Origin: Synechocystis sp. PCC 6803 substr. PCC-P
GTDB lineage: Bacteria > Cyanobacteriota > Cyanobacteriia > Cyanobacteriales > Microcystaceae
DNA length: 32,000 nt
NCBI RefSeq assembly: GCF_000284455.1
Contig: NC_017039.1
Location: 1,560,001-1,592,000 of the forward strand
Reading direction: 5' to 3'
Shown: in pieces, positions 9,237 through 19,613 of the stretch
How the letters are laid out: the number at the start of each line of letters is the position of its first letter
Position numbering within the stretch: position 1 is the first letter of the stretch
Translations under genes and position numbers: made by a program
Notes under the pieces: model-generated
Databases searched by the model: none
Told to the model about the DNA's origin: nothing
What the model saw: only the letters and a program-made list of their open reading frames with translations

Positions 9237-10751
9237 ATGTTTAATTGGTTCCGTCGTCAGTTTGGTAAAGATAACACTGCCCCCGAGTCTGCTCCCCCGG
9301 AAGGGGCGGAGGTTAGTCCTGAATTGGCACCGGAGGTAATCCAGGCAGAAACCGAATCCCCCAGCGAGGAAGATTCTCAAACAACGGAATTAGCTGCTCC
9401 CCCCCCCGAGGAACCAAGCTCAGACACTGCCAACCCGGACGATTATCTCCAATGGGCGAAAGCGGCGTACCAAAATATTCAGGCCCGTAAAGCGGAAACT
9501 GTTAGCCCGCCAGAGTCTGCCGCAGCGATCACGGTTGAAGCAGGAATAGAAGAAACCGCAGAAGAAATAGTTGTTGCCCCCGAATCTGACCAAGCAACAG
9601 CTACAGAGGCAGATCTCCCTTCTCCTGAAACCGAAATAACAACCGGCCCCGCTTGGTTACAAAAGTCCGATCGCCTAGAAGCCTTAAAAGAAACGGCGGT
9701 GGAAGAAGCCACAGTGGCGGGCACCCTAACTGCTGAATCCATGGCCATGGACGATGACTTCATGTGGTCAGCCAAGGTCCTAGCGGCCCAAGGGCGATCG
9801 GCAGCGGATGTGTCGGCGGAAGAAATTGATTGGCTGAGGAAACTGCGGCAGGGACTGAGTAAAACCAGGGTTAACCTAGTCAACCAACTTAAATCCATCG
9901 TGGGCCAGGGGCCCCTCAACGAGGCGGCGGTAGAGGAGATTGAAGCGATTCTGCTCCAGGCCGATGTGGGCGTTGAAGCCACCGATTACATCATTACCAC
10001 CCTTCAGGACAAATTGCGAGAGGAAGCATTGCCCCCGGAACAGGCCATTGAATTCCTCAAAGAAATTTTGCGTTCCATCCTCGATCGCCCTTTGTTATCC
10101 CTGCCCAGTGCTGAATTTGCCCCGGAAGCGGAAGGGCTGAATGTCTGGTTATTGACGGGGGTTAATGGAGCCGGCAAAACCACCACCATCGGTAAGTTGG
10201 CCTTTATGGCCAAACAATCCGGTTATGACTGTGTGATTGCGGCGGCGGATACTTTTCGGGCGGCGGCGGTGGAACAGGTGAAAGTTTGGGGGGAAAGGAG
10301 TGGCGTTCCCGTCATTGCTAACCCTGGGCAAAATACTGACCCGGCGGCGGTGGTCTATGACGGCATTAGTGCAGCCCAGTCCCGTAACGTTAATTTGCTG
10401 TTGGTGGATACGGCGGGAAGGTTACAAAATAAGAAAAATTTGATGGACGAGCTAGCCAAAATCCGGCGCATTATCGACAAAAAAGCCCCCAACGCCACGG
10501 TGGAATCTTTACTAGTATTGGATGCCACCCTGGGGCAAAACGGTTTACGCCAAGCGGAAGTATTTGCCGAGGCCGCCAAATTGAGCGGAGTGGTGCTGAC
10601 CAAATTGGATGGCAGCGCTAAGGGAGGGGTGGCCCTGGCGGTGGCCCAGCAGTTGAATCTGCCCATTCGTTTTATCGGTGCAGGGGAAGGCATTGAGGAT
10701 TTGCGTCCCTTTTCCAGCTATGAATTTGTTGAAGCCCTACTAAACGGTTAA
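9237..10751 (+). CDS. ftsY: Signal recognition particle receptor FtsY
   Basis: Acidic N-terminal extension, then NG domain: GVNGAGKTTTIGKLA, DTFRAAAVEQV, LVDTAGRLQNK, LTKLDGSAKGG, FIGAGEGIEDLRPF. Confidence 0.97.
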   Translation: MFNWFRRQFGKDNTAPESAPPEGAEVSPELAPEVIQAETESPSEEDSQTTELAAPPPEEPSSDTANPDDYLQWAKAAYQNIQARKAETVSPPESAAAITVEAGIEETAEEIVVAPESDQATATEADLPSPETEITTGPAWLQKSDRLEALKETAVEEATVAGTLTAESMAMDDDFMWSAKVLAAQGRSAADVSAEEIDWLRKLRQGLSKTRVNLVNQLKSIVGQGPLNEAAVEEIEAILLQADVGVEATDYIITTLQDKLREEALPPEQAIEFLKEILRSILDRPLLSLPSAEFAPEAEGLNVWLLTGVNGAGKTTTIGKLAFMAKQSGYDCVIAAADTFRAAAVEQVKVWGERSGVPVIANPGQNTDPAAVVYDGISAAQSRNVNLLLVDTAGRLQNKKNLMDELAKIRRIIDKKAPNATVESLLVLDATLGQNGLRQAEVFAEAAKLSGVVLTKLDGSAKGGVALAVAQQLNLPIRFIGAGEGIEDLRPFSSYEFVEALLNG

Positions 10752-10758
10752 TATTTTT

Positions 10759-11643
10759 GTGCTAAGAGCGACCAGTGATCGATCGCCGTTGTTTGAGTGT
10801 AATCCTGCCCTGGACGGTTGGTCTTTGGGGGGGCGGGATCCGGAAACCATCAAACGGTTAATGCCTTTTTGGGAATGGTTTTACAAATACTATTTCCGGG
10901 TGCAGACTAGTGGCTGGGAAAATTTACCGCCGGGACAGGTATTGCTGGTGGGTTCCCATAATGGCGGCCTTTCTTCACCGGATATGGTGATGATGATTTA
11001 CGACTGGTTTCGTTGCCAGGGTTTACATCGCCCTGTGTACGGTTTAATGCATCCCACGGTTTGGAAAATGAGCCGTCCCCTGGCAGAGTTGGCCGTTAAG
11101 GTGGGGGCAGTCCAAGCTCATCCCAAAATGGCGATCGCCGCTCTGCAATCCGGGGCCAGTGTGTTGGTTTACCCCGGTGGAGCCCAGGATGTATTTCGTC
11201 CCTTTAGCCAACGACATGAAATTTATTTTGCCGGTCGTAAAGGTTTTATTAAATTGGCCCTGCGGCAAGGGGTACCCATCGTCCCGGCGATCGCCGTCGG
11301 TTCCCACGAAACTCTGTTGGTTATGGGGGATTGCTACGACCAAGTTAAATATCTCCATGACCTTGGTATGCCTTGGCTATTGGACGTGGACCCGGTGGTT
11401 TTTCCCATTTATCTGGGTTTGCCCTGGGGTCTAGCGTTAGGCCCCCTGCCCCATGTGCCTTTACCGTTGACTATGCACACTCGCATCTGTCCACCGATCT
11501 ACTTTGAGCGTTACGGCAACGACGCCGCCAAAGATAAGGATTATGTCGAGCAGTGTTATCAACTGGTGAAAACGGAGATGCAACGGGAGCTAGATCAACT
11601 GGCTGAAACTGCCAATATTTTGCCTCAATTAAATTTTCTCTGA
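10759..11643 (+). CDS. Lysophospholipid acyltransferase (PlsC/LPLAT)-like protein; homolog of the protein implicated in acyl-plastoquinol/triacylglycerol formation
   Basis: LLVGSHNGGLSSPDMVMMIYDWF (block I-like H-x6-D), VQAHPKMAIAALQSGASVLVYPGGAQD, RKGFIKLALRQGVPIVPAIAVGSHE. Probable GTG start 8 bp after the ftsY stop, so the start is uncertain. Functional note is from remembered literature on slr2103. Confidence 0.85.
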   Translation: MLRATSDRSPLFECNPALDGWSLGGRDPETIKRLMPFWEWFYKYYFRVQTSGWENLPPGQVLLVGSHNGGLSSPDMVMMIYDWFRCQGLHRPVYGLMHPTVWKMSRPLAELAVKVGAVQAHPKMAIAALQSGASVLVYPGGAQDVFRPFSQRHEIYFAGRKGFIKLALRQGVPIVPAIAVGSHETLLVMGDCYDQVKYLHDLGMPWLLDVDPVVFPIYLGLPWGLALGPLPHVPLPLTMHTRICPPIYFERYGNDAAKDKDYVEQCYQLVKTEMQRELDQLAETANILPQLNFL

Positions 11644-11876
11644 ACAGGGTTTGGCCCGTAAAAACACTTTTGTCGTAACTGGCTTGATAAAAATATTTGA
11701 AGCAGAGTAATAGGTAAATGTCGACTTCATCTATAGCGGTGAATCTATAGTTTTGCTGGAAAATATCATTGTGCGGATGGGCGCAAAAATCCGCTGATGT
11801 TTGTTGGAATAAATTAAAATCAAACTAGTCTGGTCTATATCAGCCGGGACATTAGCAATCATCTGTCTCCCCCAGA

Positions 11877-14729
11877 ATGAAGTCTTTTTTCCTCAACACA
11901 TTTTCTCCGTTGCGTAGTACGGCCAGATTCTGGGTGTTAGTGGCCTTACTCACTTCCATGGAGTTATCTGCCAGCCAGTTGAGGGATACGGAACAAGCGG
12001 TGGCCATAGAGGAGTCAAAATGCACCGATTGCGTTGAAGGTAGGGGGACAGGAATTGTTCGGGGGGAAAGTTTTGCCCAGGTTGAAACGGTTCCCACCGA
12101 GGCCAAGGTGGAGCAGATAAAGCCAATGATCGAAAGAATAAGTCCACATCTAGGATTGGTGGGGTTCGGACTGGCGTTTATCGGGGTATTATGGCTGACT
12201 TATTTGCTCAAAAAAGATCGGCAAACCAAGGCGCAATTAGCTTTTCAAGCACGGCGGTCCGATGTTTTGTTGGAATTACCCCAGTACGCCGATCGCCTGA
12301 GTGAAGTGGAATTTTTACAACGGGGTCAGGAGTTTGCAGAGGAACTGACGAAAAGTAAGATCGCCTTTATTCATTTTGTCAATGATGACGAACAGACCAT
12401 TGAATTGGTGGCTTGGTCCCGGGCCACCTTGGCCAACTATTGTCGTGTTGTAGCCGCTAGCCATTATCCCGTGGAAGAAGCAGGCATTTGGGCCGATGCG
12501 TTGAGACTCCGTCGCCCGGTGTTGATCAATGATTACGCCACCCACCAAGGGAAAAAAGGTTTGCCGGAGGGCCATGCCTATTTAGCCCGGTTGATCAGCG
12601 TCCCTGTTATCGACGATGGCAAAGTGGTGATGCTCACCGGGGTTGGTAATAAGGACGTTTTTTACACTGACCAGGATGTGGAAACCGTGCAATTAATTTC
12701 TAATGAAATCTGGCGCATTGCCCGTTCCCGTCGCCTAGTCAAAAAATTAACGGAAAGTGAAAACCGTTACCGCCTGGCCCAGGCGATCGCCAAAATTGGT
12801 AACTGGGAACTGGACTATGCCACCAACGTGCTTTTTTGGTCGCCGGAAGTGTTCAATCTGTTTGAGATTGCCCCCCAGGATTTTGCTGGAACCTATGAAG
12901 CCTTTCTCAATCTCATTCATCCCGGCGATCGAGAGTTGGTTGATGAAGCCTATCAGTGCCATCTGCAAAAATATCAACCCTACGATATTGTCCATCGCCT
13001 CCTAATGCCTGATGGTCGGATTAAGTATGTTCAGGAGCAATGTAATACCGTTTTTGATAAAAATAATCTGCCCCTTTTATCGAGGGGAACTATCCAAGAT
13101 GTTACGGAGTTACAGGAAGCACAAATTTCCCTAGAACACCTCAATGAAAAATTAGAGCAACGGATTCAGGAGCGAACTCAAGAGCTAGAAAACAGTCAAG
13201 AAAGCTTATTGGAAGCAAAGCTGGTGGCGGAGGGGGCCACCAAAGCCAAAAGTGAGTTTCTCGCCAATATGAGCCATGAAATCCGCACCCCCATGAACGC
13301 CATCATTGGCATGAGCGAGTTGGTTTTGCAAACGGATTTGACCAGTCAACAACGGAACTATCTCCAAAAAGTCCAGTATGCGGGGGAGTTATTGTTGGGA
13401 ATTATCAACAATATTTTAGATTTTTCCAAAATGGAAGCGGGCAAATTAGAGCTTGAGCAAAAGCCTTTTTCCGTGGAAGAAGTGATGGGTAATCTCCACA
13501 GTATTTTAGGCATCCAAGCGGAAGCCAAAGGTTTAACCCTTAACTTTCATCTTGATCCTAGAATTCCCCCGATTTTAGTTGGCGATCGCCTCCGTCTCAG
13601 CCAGATTTTGATCAACCTGGGCAATAATGCAGTCAAATTCACCAACCAAGGCGAAATTACCATTCGGGGCCAGTTGTTAAAAACCGAAAACGAGCAAACC
13701 AAACTACAATTTTCGGTCACAGATACGGGCATTGGTTTGACCCCCGACCAACAAAGCAAACTGTTTCAATGGTTTAACCAGGGGGAAACCTCCACCTCCC
13801 GCCAGTACGGGGGCACGGGTTTGGGTTTAGCCATCAGTAAATCCCTAACGGAGTTGATGGGAGGAGATATTTGGCTGGAGAGCGTGGTGGGCCAAGGAAG
13901 CACCTTTCATTTCACGGTTTGTTTGGGAACAGCTTCCCCAGCGGTGGCCCAAGATTATCTGGTTAGTCGGGTCTCCATTCTGGAGGCGAAACCATCGGTA
14001 ACCCAGGCGATCACCCAACTGGAGGGGGCCAGCATTTTACTGGTGGAAGACAATGAGATTAACCGGGAATTTGCCCATGATCTACTGACTTCTAAAGGGT
14101 TGCGGGTACAAGTGGCCAATAACGGCCAAGAAGCTTTAACTTTGTTGACCAGTAATACCTACGATGCCATTTTAATGGACATTCAAATGCCGATGCTCAA
14201 TGGTTATGATGCCACCCGGGCCATCCGGCAACAGGAATATCACCGCAATCTGCCCATTATTGCCATGACCGCCAATGCTATGGCCGGCGATCAGGAAAAA
14301 GCCCTAGATGCAGGCATGAATGACCATTTAACCAAGCCAATTAAGCCTGATCTACTTTTCCAAACCCTAGCCCATTGGATTCCGCCCAATTCTGCCAGGG
14401 AGAAAAAAAATCCAAGCAGCAATCTAAAAGCAGATTTGTCATTTTCCTCCATGACGGGCATTAATCAACAGATTGGCATGCAATATATCGAAAATGTGGA
14501 GCTTTACCACCGGCTTTTGGTTAAATTCGGCGATCGCTACTCCAACTTTGCAGATCAATTTAGAACAGAGCAAGCCAGCGACGACCCCACAGCGGCAACT
14601 CGCTATGCCCACAGCATCAAGGGTGCAGCGGCACTGCTGGGAATAGAAAATGTGCACCATACAGCTCAGCAGTTGGAAGATAGTTGCCGTGAACATGAGT
14701 CACCGGAGATGATTGACCGCCATCTCTAG
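11877..14729 (+). CDS. Hybrid sensor histidine kinase: two N-terminal TM segments, GAF-like, PAS, HisKA-HATPase, REC, HPt (possibly C-terminally truncated)
   Basis: [25 protein letters not shown]; [18 protein letters not shown]; [24 protein letters not shown]; HPt [20 protein letters not shown]. Ends at TAG 14727-14729. Confidence 0.93.
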   Translation: MKSFFLNTFSPLRSTARFWVLVALLTSMELSASQLRDTEQAVAIEESKCTDCVEGRGTGIVRGESFAQVETVPTEAKVEQIKPMIERISPHLGLVGFGLAFIGVLWLTYLLKKDRQTKAQLAFQARRSDVLLELPQYADRLSEVEFLQRGQEFAEELTKSKIAFIHFVNDDEQTIELVAWSRATLANYCRVVAASHYPVEEAGIWADALRLRRPVLINDYATHQGKKGLPEGHAYLARLISVPVIDDGKVVMLTGVGNKDVFYTDQDVETVQLISNEIWRIARSRRLVKKLTESENRYRLAQAIAKIGNWELDYATNVLFWSPEVFNLFEIAPQDFAGTYEAFLNLIHPGDRELVDEAYQCHLQKYQPYDIVHRLLMPDGRIKYVQEQCNTVFDKNNLPLLSRGTIQDVTELQEAQISLEHLNEKLEQRIQERTQELENSQESLLEAKLVAEGATKAKSEFLANMSHEIRTPMNAIIGMSELVLQTDLTSQQRNYLQKVQYAGELLLGIINNILDFSKMEAGKLELEQKPFSVEEVMGNLHSILGIQAEAKGLTLNFHLDPRIPPILVGDRLRLSQILINLGNNAVKFTNQGEITIRGQLLKTENEQTKLQFSVTDTGIGLTPDQQSKLFQWFNQGETSTSRQYGGTGLGLAISKSLTELMGGDIWLESVVGQGSTFHFTVCLGTASPAVAQDYLVSRVSILEAKPSVTQAITQLEGASILLVEDNEINREFAHDLLTSKGLRVQVANNGQEALTLLTSNTYDAILMDIQMPMLNGYDATRAIRQQEYHRNLPIIAMTANAMAGDQEKALDAGMNDHLTKPIKPDLLFQTLAHWIPPNSAREKKNPSSNLKADLSFSSMTGINQQIGMQYIENVELYHRLLVKFGDRYSNFADQFRTEQASDDPTAATRYAHSIKGAAALLGIENVHHTAQQLEDSCREHESPEMIDRHL

Positions 14730-14951
14730 GCCGTTCAAGCCGCGCTAGAACCTGTGCTGTCTGCATTAAAAATGCTCTGAAATGGGCGTTCGAGACCTAA
14801 AAAGTGGGCAGTGGGAGGGTACTGAGTTCATACTGTGGAATGCCTAAGGAGGGCTTGCTTGGGTCATCCTCAGCCTTTTTCACCATTTCTTTCTTTTTGA
14901 ACTCAGGTTAAACTAATCCGATTTCGCTAAAGCGAGGGAATCCGGCCATGG

Positions 14952-15620
14952 CTAGGCAACCCCTTTTCTGTCCGGTACTGAAGAGACTTTTTCCCCTAAC
15001 TTGGGCTCTGTACCCTGTAATATGCGTTCAATATTGGTCCGGTGACGAACAATCACATACATCCCTGCAAGAAAGGTAAAGGCAAGATAGGGCGGGGGCA
15101 ATTGGAGAGCTAGGGCAATGCCATTAACGGCGATCGCCGCCACAATGGAACTCAGGGAAACAATGCGGGTGAAGAAAATTACGGTCAAAAAGGTGGCTAA
15201 AGTGCCCAGGGCCAACCAGATGTTGAGCATAAATAACACCCCCAGGCTGGTGGCAACGGATTTCCCACCGGAAAACTTGAGAAAAATGGATTTGCTGTGA
15301 CCCAGCACCACCGCAATGGCCACCCCCAAAGTTAACCAGTTTTGCCAGGCCGCTGGTAAGGCCGGCAACCAATCTCCGCTGTAAATGGCCCGCACCAAGG
15401 CCACAGCCATTACCCCCTTACTGATATCAATGGCTAAAACGGCGATCGCCGCCGGTTTCCCCAGGGTGCGAAACACATTGGTGGCGCCGGTGGATTTGGA
15501 ACCATGCTCCCGAATATCAATGCCCAATAACAGTTTGCCTGCTAGGTAACCAGTGGGGATAGACCCCATCAAATAGGTAATCAAGAGCAGACACAGGCAG
15601 AGTAAAAGAGCGGTGGTCAT
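14952..15620 (-). CDS. plsY: Acyl-phosphate glycerol-3-phosphate acyltransferase PlsY
   Basis: YLMGSIPTGYLAGKLLLGIDIREHGSKSTGATNVFRTLGKPAA, HSKSIFLKFSGGKSVATSLG, VIVRHRTNIERILQGTEPKL. Track ORF extends to a TTG at 15635; ATG at 15620 preferred. Confidence 0.95.
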   Translation of the reverse strand: MTTALLLCLCLLLITYLMGSIPTGYLAGKLLLGIDIREHGSKSTGATNVFRTLGKPAAIAVLAIDISKGVMAVALVRAIYSGDWLPALPAAWQNWLTLGVAIAVVLGHSKSIFLKFSGGKSVATSLGVLFMLNIWLALGTLATFLTVIFFTRIVSLSSIVAAIAVNGIALALQLPPPYLAFTFLAGMYVIVRHRTNIERILQGTEPKLGEKVSSVPDRKGVA

Positions 15621-15792
15621 GGCGGCAGGGGACAATAATCAGCATGGCAGGGCTAACACCAATTATTTGCTGATCCGTGCCCAATGTCACCCAGTTTAAA
15701 AATTTTGGTTAAGCCAGCTAGAACTATCGCTCCATGTATGGCCAGCCCGTTTCGGTAAGATACGATACAGAGGATTTCGCATCACATCACCT

Positions 15793-17580
15793 ATGGCTCG
15801 GCTTACTGCTCTATTTCGGACTTACGGGAAATATGCCTTCTTACCGGCGATCGCCTTTGGCTTGGCGGGGGGCATTGCCCTAGGGGTAACCGGGGTAATG
15901 AGTAAGTTATATCTAGGTTTGATGGCCATAGCAGTGATTTTTTTCTTCCTCTGGTGGACCTGGCTTTGGCAAAGATCCCAAGGTTTTCTCGGCCGGCGAT
16001 CGACCCAATCTAGCGCTAACGTGATTGCCTCCACCCTAGCGGTGTTGGCGATTTTAACCCTCATTAACTACATTGCTTTTCGTTATCCTGTCGCCTGGGA
16101 TTTGACCGAAAATCAACGGTTTACCCTCGCCCCCCAAAGTCAGAGCTTAGTGGCAGAGCTGGAACAACCCCTCAAAGTCTGGATTTTCGACGATGCCCCT
16201 AGTGAAAAAGATCGGAGGCTACTGCAAAATTACCAACGTTTCAGTGATCAATTTAGTTTTGAATTTGTGCACCCCGATCGCCGCCCTAAATTGGTACAGG
16301 ACTTTAATGTGCAAAATAAGGGAGATGTATTCATCGAGTATGGCGACAAGAAACAATTAGTTCAAAATCTACTCAGCTTCCAGCAACGGGAAGACCTTTC
16401 TGAAATTCAACTCACCAATGCCATTGCCAAAGCCCAACGCCAGGAAATACCACAGGTTTACCTCGTCCAGGGCCATGGGGAATTGCCCCTCAATAACGAA
16501 CCAAGGGGGATCTCCACCGCAGTGACCGCCCTCGAAAATCTTGGTGTGACAGTCCAACCCCTCAACGTGGTTACCGATGGAGGTATTCCAGAAGATGCCG
16601 ATGCAGTGGTCATTGCCGGGCCGACCCGCAAGTTTTTAGCGCCGGAAATTGCTACTTTAAAACAGTACACCGACCAAGGGGGTAACCTATTAGTGATGGT
16701 ATCCCCGGAAGCTGATGCCGGCTTGGAAGACCTTCTGGAGCCTTGGGGCGTAAGTTTTGATCCCAGACTGGTAATCGATCTTTCCGGAGCTGGTGGTGTG
16801 TTTGGCCTTGACCCCACCGTGCCCATTTTCAATCGTTACGGCAACCATCCCATCACCCAGAAACTCCAAGGGGCGATCGCCATTTTTCCCCTAGTACGCC
16901 CCGTGGCCACCAAGGAACAACCCCATATTCAAGCCACCACCCTAGTGGAAGCTTCGGATTTGATGTATGCCACCCAACTAATCAGTGAAGACCTGCAACC
17001 AAACCCGGAAACGGACTTGTTGGGCCCCTTTGATGTGGCTGTGGCTTTGACCAGGGAAGGGAAAGAAGTCAGTTCAGCCAAGGAAATGGAGACAGGCAAT
17101 AATACTGAACCCGAAGAAATTAACCCCTCCCCTAGTCCCCCAGTTTCCCCCAGTCCTAGTCCCACCGGCAATGGCACCAATCAACCAGAGGCAATGCCAG
17201 AAAATGACAGCAATCAAGCTGGCGATCGGGAAGAATCACCGGCCGGTGAAAACGAAGACAGTGGCAATGATCAGGCCCAAACAGCTCAACAAAATGGCGA
17301 CCCAGAGCTTCCCCCTGCCAAGATGGTGGTGGTGGGTAGTGCTGCCTTTGCCACCAATGCGTGGTTTAACGAAGCTGTCAACGGTGATATTTTTCTCAAC
17401 AGTGTGCAATGGTTAGCAGAAAACGTTGACCAACCCCTTAATGTGCGGGCCAAAGACCCCACCGATCGCCGTATTAATCTAGGAGTGCGACGAGCTACGG
17501 TTTTAGGGTGGTTAACCTGGGTGATTGTCCCCCTAATCGGCCTAGGGCTAGCGGTGTTTACCTGGTGGCGACAAAGGTAA
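15793..17580 (+). CDS. GldG-like / ABC-type uncharacterised transport auxiliary membrane protein
   Basis: Two N-terminal TM segments; periplasmic domain with NQRFTLAPQSQSLV..L..PLKVWIFDD, VYLVQGHGELPL, DAVVIAGPTRKFLAPEIATLKQYTDQGGNLLVMVSPEAD; C-terminal TM GWLTWVIVPLIGLGLAVFTWW. Confidence 0.8.
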   Translation: MARLTALFRTYGKYAFLPAIAFGLAGGIALGVTGVMSKLYLGLMAIAVIFFFLWWTWLWQRSQGFLGRRSTQSSANVIASTLAVLAILTLINYIAFRYPVAWDLTENQRFTLAPQSQSLVAELEQPLKVWIFDDAPSEKDRRLLQNYQRFSDQFSFEFVHPDRRPKLVQDFNVQNKGDVFIEYGDKKQLVQNLLSFQQREDLSEIQLTNAIAKAQRQEIPQVYLVQGHGELPLNNEPRGISTAVTALENLGVTVQPLNVVTDGGIPEDADAVVIAGPTRKFLAPEIATLKQYTDQGGNLLVMVSPEADAGLEDLLEPWGVSFDPRLVIDLSGAGGVFGLDPTVPIFNRYGNHPITQKLQGAIAIFPLVRPVATKEQPHIQATTLVEASDLMYATQLISEDLQPNPETDLLGPFDVAVALTREGKEVSSAKEMETGNNTEPEEINPSPSPPVSPSPSPTGNGTNQPEAMPENDSNQAGDREESPAGENEDSGNDQAQTAQQNGDPELPPAKMVVVGSAAFATNAWFNEAVNGDIFLNSVQWLAENVDQPLNVRAKDPTDRRINLGVRRATVLGWLTWVIVPLIGLGLAVFTWWRQR

Positions 17581-17711
17581 GGGTAATTAGAATTTTTTTA
17601 AAAAGTACCCCCGGAACCCCAAGTTTGGAGAAGAATCGGATTAAATTCTCCCGATATTGCCCAATCTTTAATGGGTCAATTCTGGTGAACAAATGATGCC
17701 AATAGGTCCTT

Positions 17712-17735
17712 AAAACCTCTTGAATACAAGGTTTT
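17712..17735. terminator. Possible bidirectional terminator hairpin between converging genes
   Basis: 7-bp arms AAAACCT (17712-17718) and AGGTTTT (17729-17735) with a 10-nt loop, in the gap between a + gene ending at 17580 and a - gene ending at 17753. Stem is short and AT-rich. Confidence 0.3.
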
Positions 17736-17752
17736 GAACACCATGGGAGCCC

Positions 17753-18271
17753 TTAATATTCCACCAGGGAAATAATTGGTAAATCCGGTAAACATTGACG
17801 GCCATTGAGGGCCGCAAGCTCAATGATAAAAGCAAAACCTAACACCTCACAGCCAAGCTTAGTTAACAATTCAGCAGTGGCCTTGGCGGTTCCCCCCGTA
17901 GCGATTAAGTCGTCCACAATTAACACCCGATGGTGGGGAGCTACCGCATCCTGATGGATTTCTAAAGAGTCTTTACCGTACTCTAAATCATACTCAACTC
18001 GGTGGACTGGGGCTGGTAATTTGCCTGGTTTTCGTACAGGGATAAAACCGGCATTCATTTGATAGGCAAGGGGCATGCCAAATAAAAACCCCCGGGATTC
18101 CATGCCCACCACATGGTCCGGCACAAGTTCCTGGCTTTCACATTGTTCCACCAGGGAGTCGATGGTGTAGCGCAGTCCCTCCGGACTATTGAGCAGGGTG
18201 GTTATATCCCTAAACATAATGCCTGGCTTGGGGAAGTCCGGTATATCCCGAATTAAAGCTTTTAAATCCAT
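17753..18271 (-). CDS. apt: Adenine phosphoribosyltransferase
   Basis: [27 protein letters not shown]..., [35 protein letters not shown]; 172 aa. Confidence 0.98.
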   Translation of the reverse strand: MDLKALIRDIPDFPKPGIMFRDITTLLNSPEGLRYTIDSLVEQCESQELVPDHVVGMESRGFLFGMPLAYQMNAGFIPVRKPGKLPAPVHRVEYDLEYGKDSLEIHQDAVAPHHRVLIVDDLIATGGTAKATAELLTKLGCEVLGFAFIIELAALNGRQCLPDLPIISLVEY

Positions 18272-18651
18272 AATGCGATGGTTTAAGGTCGTTACGGCAA
18301 CAGGTTCAGGCTACAGTGTACCTTTAACTGATGATTAGCGATAAATTCCCAACTCTACGGATAGGTGAGCGGTGGGGTACAGGGGAATTCTCTACAAGCA
18401 TTATGCTGTGACGTTGCTAGATATCAGTAAACGTGTTTATCTCAACCACCCTTAATGAAGTTATTTCCCCTCCATTTACTGATGCCCTTACACTTGCAAT
18501 AGGCTGTAAGGGTTTGTTCTACGGAAATAGTGCTATCTTAAGTAAATTCTCTAGCACCATAAGTAAAAACACTATGGGGTGAAGTATTAAACGGTTTAGG
18601 TTTTGCCATAGTCTAACCAAAAACGCCGTAGTTACAATAACTAAATTAAAT

Positions 18652-19566
18652 TCATATTTTTCGTGATTCTAATATAAATTCAATTAGTTTATCTCTATCC
18701 CAAAGCTCCACTTTATTTCTGTATGCTAACTCTTTAGCATTTTCGGTATAACTATTATTAGTTACAACAATAGCAATATCAGCATCATAATATCCCTTAG
18801 CACCAAGAATTTCTTGAATAGCTTTTACACTAACAGCACTGGCACTTCTCTTTGCCTGAATAACATATTTTTTACGATCTTTCATCAAAATTAGATCAGC
18901 ACCAAAATCTTGAGTTTGTTGAGTCAAAGATCCCCTGTAGCCCATCCTAGTAAAATGCGTTAGTAATACTTTTTCAAAATCAACTCCATCCATTTTATCA
19001 ATACTATCCATACCGGACTCAATAAGTTTTTGCTGTTCTTTGCATTCTTTTTTTAAGTCTAAAGTATCATATAAAAATATGATATGAGAATTAATATAAT
19101 TGGACGATTCTTCCCATTTTTTCATTTTATTTCTTTTTTCATTATTTTCCTCTTTCATTTCTTTACAAATTCTTGTGTCATAATAATGATCTTCTATTAA
19201 TCTTGATTGGCTATCTACTGTTTCCCAAACAGAATAAATAGTTTTTGATTGCTCAATATATTTTTCTATATGTTCTATATCTTCTTCTAAATTTTTTGTA
19301 TTTTTTCTGTCTTCACTCAAAATATTTTTGCTGACTTGATTCCATTCCTGGCTTATTCTCTCTTTTTCAAAAACTAACATTTCTCCGTATCTTTCAACAG
19401 CATCCCATATTGCTTTAGCTTCAGTATTTCTAGCTTCCCTTTTTTTCCTTTTTTCTTCTTCCTTTTTTTTATCTTCTTCATCCCAAGCATTTTTAATTTT
19501 ATTAAATCCCCAAACAAATGTAGCAGTAGCACCAGCACCTATTAACCAAGGAAGAACTAATATCAT
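18652..19566 (-). CDS. Membrane-anchored Mrr-like (PD-(D/E)XK) restriction endonuclease-like protein
   Basis: N-terminal hydrophobic segment ILVLPWLIGAGATATFVWGF, long Lys/Glu-rich coiled coil, then LLTHFTRMGYRGSLTQQTQDFGADLILMKDRKKYVIQAKRSASAVSVKAIQEILGAKGYYDADIAIVVTNNSYTENAKELAYRNKVELWDRDKL. Confidence 0.82.
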   Translation of the reverse strand: MILVLPWLIGAGATATFVWGFNKIKNAWDEEDKKKEEEKRKKREARNTEAKAIWDAVERYGEMLVFEKERISQEWNQVSKNILSEDRKNTKNLEEDIEHIEKYIEQSKTIYSVWETVDSQSRLIEDHYYDTRICKEMKEENNEKRNKMKKWEESSNYINSHIIFLYDTLDLKKECKEQQKLIESGMDSIDKMDGVDFEKVLLTHFTRMGYRGSLTQQTQDFGADLILMKDRKKYVIQAKRSASAVSVKAIQEILGAKGYYDADIAIVVTNNSYTENAKELAYRNKVELWDRDKLIEFILESRKI

Positions 19567-19613
19567 TTACCATTTCCTCTAAACGTATAAATTTATTATG
19601 AAATTAAGGAGAG

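Noticed and set aside
9479-9982. 167-aa reverse-strand ORF inside ftsY, and 10355..10693 likewise
   Set aside because: Ser/Ala-rich composition expected from antisense of Glu/Ala-rich codons; the forward strand encodes clear FtsY motifs.
17115-17300. Tandem CCCCTAGTCCC/CCCCAGT-like short repeats considered as a regulatory repeat array
   Set aside because: They lie within an open reading frame and encode a Pro/Ser linker; low-complexity coding explains them.
18300-18650. Looked for a tRNA, CRISPR or att-like repeats flanking the AT-rich patch
   Set aside because: No cloverleaf, regularly spaced repeats or convincing direct repeats were visible; a computational repeat search would be needed to exclude short att sites.
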